A stretch of DNA of 64,000 nt from assembly GCA_017987115.1 (NCBI GenBank), contig JAGNUG010000003.1, forward strand, positions 319 through 64,318. The letters are read 5' to 3'. This DNA is from Flavobacteriales bacterium. Its GTDB lineage: Bacteria > Bacteroidota > Bacteroidia > Flavobacteriales_F > PHOS-HE28. Position numbers and translations under genes: made by a program. Below, one piece after another: positions 27,201 to 34,700 of this stretch (within the stretch, counting starts at the first letter, position 1; each line of letters begins with the position of its first letter). The notes below the pieces were generated by a model. That model worked only from the letters and a program-made list of their open reading frames with translations. It did no database searches and was not told where the DNA came from.

Positions 27201-27726
27201 ACGGGAATTCAATACGATTCGGATCCGCTGGAACACTACCCGTCAATGGACCAGTGACGTGGAGGGCGAACTGGGCCGGGTCGCAAATTCGTCCGACCTG
27301 CTTACCGGGCGGAATTTCTCCGTAGACCAACAAGGATTGAAGCCTCGTGTTACGTGGCAGCCGGGCACGACATTCCGCACAATTCTTTCTTTCAAATACA
27401 CCGAAAAGAAGAACCAACAGGAATTCGGAGAAGAGAAAGCAACATTGAACGACCTTGGATTGGAAATGCGTTACACTACTGCGGGAAAAGGAAGCATACA
27501 GGCCAATGCGAACCTGGTGGACATTACATACAATGGTGAAACGAATACTTCGTTGGCCAATGAGATGTTGAGCGGATTGAAGCCTGGCACCAATGTTACG
27601 TGGAGCCTTAGCATTCAACGGAATCTGAGCAATAACCTACAAGTGGATATCACCTACAACGGTCGCCGATCGGAAGGCGTACCTGTAATACATGTTGGTG
27701 GTGCTCAGGTCAGAGCGTTCTTCTGA
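24250..27726 (+). CDS. large (about 1158 aa) predicted outer-membrane beta-barrel protein of unknown function
   Basis: From the internal ATG the signal peptide reads [26 protein letters not shown]. The body has a long run of alternating-polarity strands. The C-terminus ...[13 protein letters not shown] ends in Phe, as in OMP beta-signals. No TonB box or plug motif was recognised. Confidence 0.55.
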   Translation: [1158 protein letters not shown]

Positions 27727-27770
27727 ACCGTCAGAACGCAAAACCCAAACAAGAATCAGAATGAGTCGGC

Positions 27771-28685
27771 CTACTTCAAATTGAAAGTAGCCTTGCTCAC
27801 TTGCGCCCCATTCTCGTAGATCTCAACAACGTATTGTCCTGTGCGCATTTCTTCAGAACCCGTCCAGAACACACAAACATCCACCGGTTTGTTCTGATAG
27901 TTCACTTCACGGCGCGCACTGAATTCGCCTTCAACGCCATTGAACTTGAAACGGTTGTTGCCTTCGCTAGCCGGGAGCACCTTGCCATCGGGACTTATCA
28001 CACGCATGTAGACCTCTTTATCACCGGGTTTGGTAATGCTATTCTCACCCAATGTGAAGCAGCATTTTACCATCTCGGCCTTGCTTGCGCGTTCCGTATC
28101 TACTTGCTTTCCATTGTTACGCATGAACAATGCACCTGCGGTGATGGATGTGGTGTGAAGAACACTGCCTTTGGCTACAACTCCTGCCAGCTCATCCTTC
28201 TCCTGCGCCAGCGCATCCCGTTGGCCTTGGGTCTCGCCAAGCTCCTGTTTCACATTGATATTCTCCGCAGTAAGCAACTGATTGGCCTGATTAAGCGAAT
28301 CGATCGTTGCCACATAGCCCTTCATGATCCGGCGCAAGGTCTCAGCTTCTTTCTTTGCTTTTGATAAGCTGTAATTGCCATTCTTCACCTGGGTCAACAA
28401 CTGTTCGATCTGCGCTTTTTGCGCTTCCATCTCAGTAGTTAGTTGGTTGTTGTCAGTCTTAAGGGTATCGTAAGAGGCAAGCATATTCTCCAATAGCATG
28501 CTTACATTCTCCTTCTCACTGGTTATCGCAGCCACTTGCTGCTCTCCCTGCTCCACGTCCTTGTTGCGCTGCATCAACATCCAGAGCATTACCACATTGC
28601 TCACAAGAAGCAATACCACCAATAACAACAGCCCGGTATTCGAGCGATTCTTCTTGGGTTCATTCAATTTCGATTGCTGTTCCAT
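27771..28685 (-). CDS. single-pass membrane protein with a coiled coil and a C-terminal beta-rich domain (hypothetical)
   Basis: The TM helix is GLLLLVVLLLVSNVVMLWMLM. It is followed by about 150 aa of heptad-rich sequence and then a beta-rich C-terminus. Confidence 0.55.
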   Translation of the reverse strand: MEQQSKLNEPKKNRSNTGLLLLVVLLLVSNVVMLWMLMQRNKDVEQGEQQVAAITSEKENVSMLLENMLASYDTLKTDNNQLTTEMEAQKAQIEQLLTQVKNGNYSLSKAKKEAETLRRIMKGYVATIDSLNQANQLLTAENINVKQELGETQGQRDALAQEKDELAGVVAKGSVLHTTSITAGALFMRNNGKQVDTERASKAEMVKCCFTLGENSITKPGDKEVYMRVISPDGKVLPASEGNNRFKFNGVEGEFSARREVNYQNKPVDVCVFWTGSEEMRTGQYVVEIYENGAQVSKATFNLK

Positions 28686-28748
28686 TTATCGATGTTGGGA
28701 AATAGAGCGCTAAATTACCGTCCGAACCAAGCAGATACACCCGGACCC

Positions 28749-29480
28749 ATGCGCATTATCAACAAACGAATAGTGAATGAACATGTTGCCACAGCCAAGG
28801 TCTGGGGTGCCGACCTTGCCGCTTTGTTCCTCCCTAGACATTGCGCAGGGTGCGATACCGGCCTTAATCGCAACGAGGAATGCCTTTGTATGATCTGCTT
28901 GGAAGACCTTCCCAGGACCCGCTACCACGAGGATCCTTCAAATCCCGTGGAACAGCTCTTTTGGGGTAAGGTCCCGATCCATGCGGCTTCTGCTTTTCTC
29001 CATTTCGCTCGAAGTGGTGTTACCCAGCGGATGTTACATAGGCTGAAATACAAGCAGGATCACGAAGTCGGAACCATGCTCGGAGGCCTTATGGCTCAAG
29101 ATCTAAAGACAAGCCCTCGTTTCGGATCCGTCGATGCATTCATGCCCGTTCCGCTTCACCCGAGAAAGGAACGTATAAGGGGATTCAATCAGAGCAAACT
29201 TTTGGTTGAAGGGATGAATAAAGTATGGCCAAAACCCATGCTTACGGACCAACTACTGCGGGTCGTACAAACCACTACACAGACGCGTCGAGGTCGCTTG
29301 GACCGGTGGATGAATGTAAAGGAGGCATTCCATATTCCCGATCCAGATGCTTTGCAGGGGCTTCATGTACTTCTAGTTGATGATGTTGTTACCACAGGAG
29401 CAACGATCGAAGGATGCGTTAAGGCGTTGGCTGCAGTTCCTGACATCAGAGTGAGCTTATTCACCGCAGCGTGTGCGTGA
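28749..29480 (+). CDS. comF: ComF family protein (phosphoribosyltransferase domain)
   Basis: The N-terminal zinc-finger-like region reads CAGCD...CMICLEDL, and the PRPP-binding loop is LLVDDVVTTGATI. I prefer the ATG at 28749 to the TTG at 28674, which overlaps the divergent gene. Confidence 0.8.
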   Translation: MRIINKRIVNEHVATAKVWGADLAALFLPRHCAGCDTGLNRNEECLCMICLEDLPRTRYHEDPSNPVEQLFWGKVPIHAASAFLHFARSGVTQRMLHRLKYKQDHEVGTMLGGLMAQDLKTSPRFGSVDAFMPVPLHPRKERIRGFNQSKLLVEGMNKVWPKPMLTDQLLRVVQTTTQTRRGRLDRWMNVKEAFHIPDPDALQGLHVLLVDDVVTTGATIEGCVKALAAVPDIRVSLFTAACA

Positions 29481-29562
29481 ACCGTTCAGCGTTCCCGCGC
29501 TTAGTAAAGACGATGTTACTTTTGCCCATTACGCGCCCCTGATCTAGCGCGACGTTTTTCCT

Positions 29563-30054
29563 ATGGAGAATATAACCATGCCGAAGACGCTGGATCGTGC
29601 GTTGATCTATGACGAGCTCGTTCCGCAAATTCAAGCGTTGATCAGCGGGGAGCGTGATTGCATTGCTGCCATGGCAAATGTGGCAGCTGCGATCCACCAA
29701 ACCTTCGGGTGGTTCTGGGTAGGCTTTTACCGTGTTCAAGGTTCTGAGCTCGTTCTTGGTCCTTTCCAGGGTCCGGTGGCGTGCATGCGGATCGGTCTTG
29801 GAAATGGTGTTTGTGGAACAGCATGGAAAGAAAAACGAACGGTAGTGGTACCCGATGTTGATCTGTTCCCGGGCCACATAGCTTGCAATGCATTGAGCCG
29901 ATCCGAGATCGTAGTGCCTGTATTCAACAATGAGGACGTTCTAGTCGCTGTATTGGATATCGATAGCGTAGACCCTGATACCTTCACGGAAACTGACCGC
30001 ATTGGACTTGAACGGATCTGCAAGGTGCTCCAGCAAGTAGTTCATGCAGTATAA
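29563..30054 (+). CDS. msrC: GAF-domain free methionine-(R)-sulfoxide reductase (YebR/MsrC-like)
   Basis: The product is 163 aa with GFYRV...LVLGPFQGPVACMRIGLGNGVCGTAW...PDVDLFPGHIACNALSRSEIVVPV, the fRMsr signature with conserved Cys residues. Confidence 0.8.
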   Translation: MENITMPKTLDRALIYDELVPQIQALISGERDCIAAMANVAAAIHQTFGWFWVGFYRVQGSELVLGPFQGPVACMRIGLGNGVCGTAWKEKRTVVVPDVDLFPGHIACNALSRSEIVVPVFNNEDVLVAVLDIDSVDPDTFTETDRIGLERICKVLQQVVHAV

Positions 30055-31651
30055 GTGGACCTTTCTGTTCCTGGTGCCATTCTTATTGGCAGCATGTGCG
30101 CAAGTCGGCACTATTACAGGTGGGGATAAGGACGAAGCAGCACCGGAACTGGTCGTGGCAGTACCGGCAAATGGTACTACGGGCTTCATTGGCAATTCGA
30201 TCGTTCTTGAATTCAATGAACGCATCCAACTGGATCGCGTTCGTGAGCGTTTATTGATCTCTCCGCCTTTGGATGTTGCTCCCGACGTGAAAATATCCGG
30301 TGCAAAACGGGTCACTATCCAATTGAATGCTGCGTTGAAGCCGAACACCACTTATTCGTTCCTTATCGGCGAAGCCATAAAGGACCTCACGGAAGGCAAC
30401 ATCGCAAAAGGACTATCTTATGTGATCTCAACTGGTGATCACTTGGATAGTCTGGAACTAGTAGGTCGTGTTACGAATGCCTACTCCGGAAAACCTGAAA
30501 AAGATGTGTTGGTGATGGTCCATGACCAAGCTGATACCTCCACCATTCGGACCGGCAGACCTGCGTACGCCACTCGAACACTTGAGGATGGAACCTATCA
30601 TTTGAACTATTTAAGAACCGGTGATTACCTGCTTTACGCATTGCACGACCAGAATGCGAATTACCGCTTCGACCTCCCCAATGAAGAGGTTGCATTCATG
30701 GATGGACCTGTAATACCAACATACAGGAGTAGTGCTGATACCATAATGCCTATTTATGATCTAAAGCTGTTCAGAGAAAAGAGTTCCGTTCAACAAGTGC
30801 GTGAATACAAAGTTGTACCCGATGGTGCATTTCAAATTGTATTCGCAAAGCCAGCAGAACAGGCATCATTGCGTGACCTGATCCGTATCGGTAGCAGTCT
30901 TCAATGGACGCCCGAGTGGAACGATACCCGTGATACCGTTCTGTTCTGGCCGAATGACACCACCGGTCTGAGCGAAGGAAGCTATGAATTACGTACGGAT
31001 GTGATCCTCGATACACTATCCTATCGAACATCAAAAAAAATACCCTTTTTCACTGGTTTGAATTCCGCATCCGGTGAGACCGCAGATAGCGCACTGATCA
31101 CGATCAGAGCAGCACGACCATTGACCAATATCGATCAGGAACGGATAAGCGTGATACGGGATAGCGTTCCGATCGGGTTCATGTTGACAAGGGATAGTGT
31201 AGATCAACGCAAATTCAAGATCAAAGCGCGCTTGGAAAAAGGAGCCATGGCAAATGTCACTTTACTACCAAAAGCTGTTACGGACATTTATGGCGGGCAT
31301 AACGACACCTTAGTTACCGGACTTGGTCGAGCAGCGGAAAAAAGCACTGGATCGATCGAATTGAAGGTGTCACTTGGATCTCCGTTACAATACATGTTGA
31401 TCGTTCAATTATTCTCAGGGCAGGATAAGCTCGTTCGAGAACAGATAAGTGACCTTTCCCAGCCCATTAAATGGGAACGGCTTTCTCCCGGTGGTCATAC
31501 GCTGCGGTTGATCGAGGATAGGAACGCCAATGGACATTGGGATACCGGTGACCTTGACCTACTTGAACAACCGGAACGAATTCTATACTACCCGGACCCG
31601 ATCAATGTGCGAGCGGCTTGGGATATCGGGTTGGATTGGTCGTTACCGTGA
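30044..31651 (+). CDS. Ig-like (Big_5/SbsA-Ig type) domain lipoprotein
   Basis: The lipobox is FLLAAC|AQVGTITGGDKDEAAPELV, the typical start of the Bacteroidota Ig-like-domain lipoprotein family. It overlaps msrC by 11 nt. Confidence 0.6.
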   Translation: MQYKWTFLFLVPFLLAACAQVGTITGGDKDEAAPELVVAVPANGTTGFIGNSIVLEFNERIQLDRVRERLLISPPLDVAPDVKISGAKRVTIQLNAALKPNTTYSFLIGEAIKDLTEGNIAKGLSYVISTGDHLDSLELVGRVTNAYSGKPEKDVLVMVHDQADTSTIRTGRPAYATRTLEDGTYHLNYLRTGDYLLYALHDQNANYRFDLPNEEVAFMDGPVIPTYRSSADTIMPIYDLKLFREKSSVQQVREYKVVPDGAFQIVFAKPAEQASLRDLIRIGSSLQWTPEWNDTRDTVLFWPNDTTGLSEGSYELRTDVILDTLSYRTSKKIPFFTGLNSASGETADSALITIRAARPLTNIDQERISVIRDSVPIGFMLTRDSVDQRKFKIKARLEKGAMANVTLLPKAVTDIYGGHNDTLVTGLGRAAEKSTGSIELKVSLGSPLQYMLIVQLFSGQDKLVREQISDLSQPIKWERLSPGGHTLRLIEDRNANGHWDTGDLDLLEQPERILYYPDPINVRAAWDIGLDWSLP

Positions 31652-31749
31652 GTTCATCGAACATTTCGAACCGTACAGCGACCGGAACTTTTGGTTCATA
31701 GGTGCCGTACAACGGCCAGTACCGCTCAATACCGCGGTAATGGCCAACG

Positions 31750-34700
31750 ATGTTAAAGACCATTACATGTTTGTTTGCTATCAGCCGTAAATGCACGCTG
31801 ATAGCTACTTTGCTGTTCGTCCTAGGCGGCACCACATTCGGACAATCCACGGATCTACCAACGCGTGGAAAGACCTTTTGGGCCGGCTTCATGCGCAACG
31901 CCAACTCCGGTGCGGCCAACCTTCGCGTTCATATCCTTAGTACCACGGCAACTTCCGGAACAGTAACCATGCCATTAACGGGGTGGAGTGCACCCTTTTC
32001 AGTAGCAGCCAATGGCGCTACTATCGTAAACGTTTCCTTGACCGCGGAGAACATCGGATCAGGGTCGATCGTTCCAAAAGGGGTATTGATCACTAGCGCT
32101 GATAGCGTCAACGTATTTATCAGCAGTTACCAGAATCAAACGCATGACCTGACGCAGTTACTACCCGAGACTTCTTTAGGTAGTGTGTACCGAGTAGATG
32201 CCTACAAAGGTTTTCCGAACTTGGGTAACCTCTATAAAAGCGAATTATTGATCGTAGGTACTGAAGATGGCACACAAGTGGATATAGTACCGGCCGTAAA
32301 TCTATTGGCAGGAGGAGCTGCGGGCGTTCCGTTCAGCATCACTCTGAATGCCGGGCAAACCTATCAATTACAAGCAGCAACCGACGGTCTCGACCTTACA
32401 GGTACGACCATTAAAGCTGCTGCGAACAGCACATGCAAACCATTCGCGGTCTTCGGTGGTTCGCAATGTGCTTTGGTGCCGAACACATGCCAAGCCTGCG
32501 ATATGGTCTTCGAACAGATGCGGCCTGTTGCCTCGTGGGGTACACGCTATTTTACCGTACCGGTGAACGGAGTGTCACAATTCACATACAGGATCTTGGC
32601 CGATCAGAATGCTACTTCAATAACCGTTGCAGGTGGCGCACCGATGATCCTGAATGCGGGGCAAGTGCACGAGGTGAACGGCACTGCGGTTCCGGTCTGT
32701 ATTCAAGCCAATAAACCCATTAGCGTGGCGCAATTGTTACAAGGGAACCAATGTGCAGGAACCGGAGACCCTTCAATGATCCTTATCGAACCTGCCGACA
32801 GACTGACCAAACGGGCATCGTTCCAAACCCTGTCATCAGGAACATTGAATCAACACAGCATAAGTGTTGTGATGCCAGCTTCCGGCCTAGGGCAATTGAC
32901 CTTGAACGGAGCATCGGTCAGTTCAGCTTTATTTACTCCGTTTCCCAATTGTACCGATCGGGTCTACGCCAAGATCCAAGTTTCGGCAGGAGTTCATCGC
33001 TTGGCTTCAACCACTGGGTTCCAATTGTACATGTTCGGACTCGGAAATGGTGAAAGCTATGGAGGATCCGTTAGGAATATCGCAGCGATACCGCTCCAAA
33101 CGGATTCGCTGATCTGCGGAACCGGGCCCGTAATACTCACATCCCCCGAAACCTTGGCCAATGCCCAATGGACCGCTGCCTCCGCACCATCCACGGTACT
33201 GGCCAACGGCAACACGTTTGCATTCACTCCAACGGGATCGGATTCATACACGGTCACCGGAGGGTCTGCGCTCACGGGTTGCCCTCGAAGCTTTACCTAC
33301 CACATTGGCGTACCCGTTACGGTGCTGCCGAATGCAACGGCAAATGGCGCAAATACAGCTTCCATCTGTCAATTCGCACCTGTTCAATTAGGACTATCCC
33401 CGGCACCCGACCCGGCTTGGTTCGATATTAACTGGTCACCAGGATCATCGCTGAATGACCCTACAATTGGCGCACCGATCGCGACACCATACAGTACCAC
33501 TTGGTATACGGTTGATATAGTCAGCCCTGTAGGTTGCGGGTCTTTCAAGGATAGTGTGCTCGTAACCGTTCAACCTGCTCAATTACGCGATCTTGACACC
33601 TTCGTGAACGACCCATCGATCTGTGTCGGCGAAACCGTTCAGCTATCCAGTAGTGCATTGAGGATCATCGCCACGGACCGGTTCAACTCCACTCCAGAGC
33701 CCTTATGGAACGCCATACAAGGAGGTTCAATCGCCATTGAATGCGGAGGCCTTACCGGTACCGCACTTTACTTTAATGGAGCAGGTCAACGCTTTGCAAA
33801 AACGAATGGATTCAATACCAGCGGCGGCGGTCGCGTTGAATTCTATTTGAAAGTGGGAACCGGCACAGCACCGTGTGAAGATGCCGACCCTGGTGAGGAT
33901 ATCATTTTCCAATACTCCACCAATAACGGAATAAGTTGGAACACACCACCGAACGGCACATTGCATCAGGACCTCTATCCTACGTTCCTACCTGTTTCCA
34001 TTGACCTGCCGTTGAGTGCACAAGGACCGAACGTGATCTTCAAGATCAGCCAGCCTGTTCACAGTGGTGCGGGCCAGGACAACTGGTCGATCGACGACCT
34101 GATCATATCACGCGTTGACAACTCTTGGCTAAACTATCTGTGGACCCCGGCCAATACCTCGCCATCCTCTTCCAATACCTTGGCAAGTCCATCAACATCA
34201 AGTTGGTATTATCTGCAGGTCACGGACCCTACCGGAGGATGTGTTCATCGCGATTCCGTGTATGTGAGCGTTTCACCTGCAATGAGCATGACGGTAACAC
34301 CGAACTCGACCTTATGCACACCAGCACCCGTTCAATTGAACGCCAATGCTGGGGCAGGAGCACAATATTCATGGAGCACCACGAATGGAACGCTGAGCGC
34401 AACCACTATTGCCAACCCGACCGCGAATTCCAATGCAACAGCAACCTACAACGTGCAGGCGACGAACGCGATCGGATGTACTATCAATGGTGCAGTTACC
34501 GTGACCGTGGCACCGGCATTGAGCCTCACACTTTCAACAGCAAACGATCCACTTTGCCAAGGACAGAGCACGCAGCTCACCGCAGTTGGCTCCGGTGCGC
34601 CAGGCCTTACTTATAGTTGGACCGGGGCAGGACTCAACAACCCGAACATTGCGAACCCGATCGCATCACCAACTCAGACCACAACTTACACCTGTACTCT

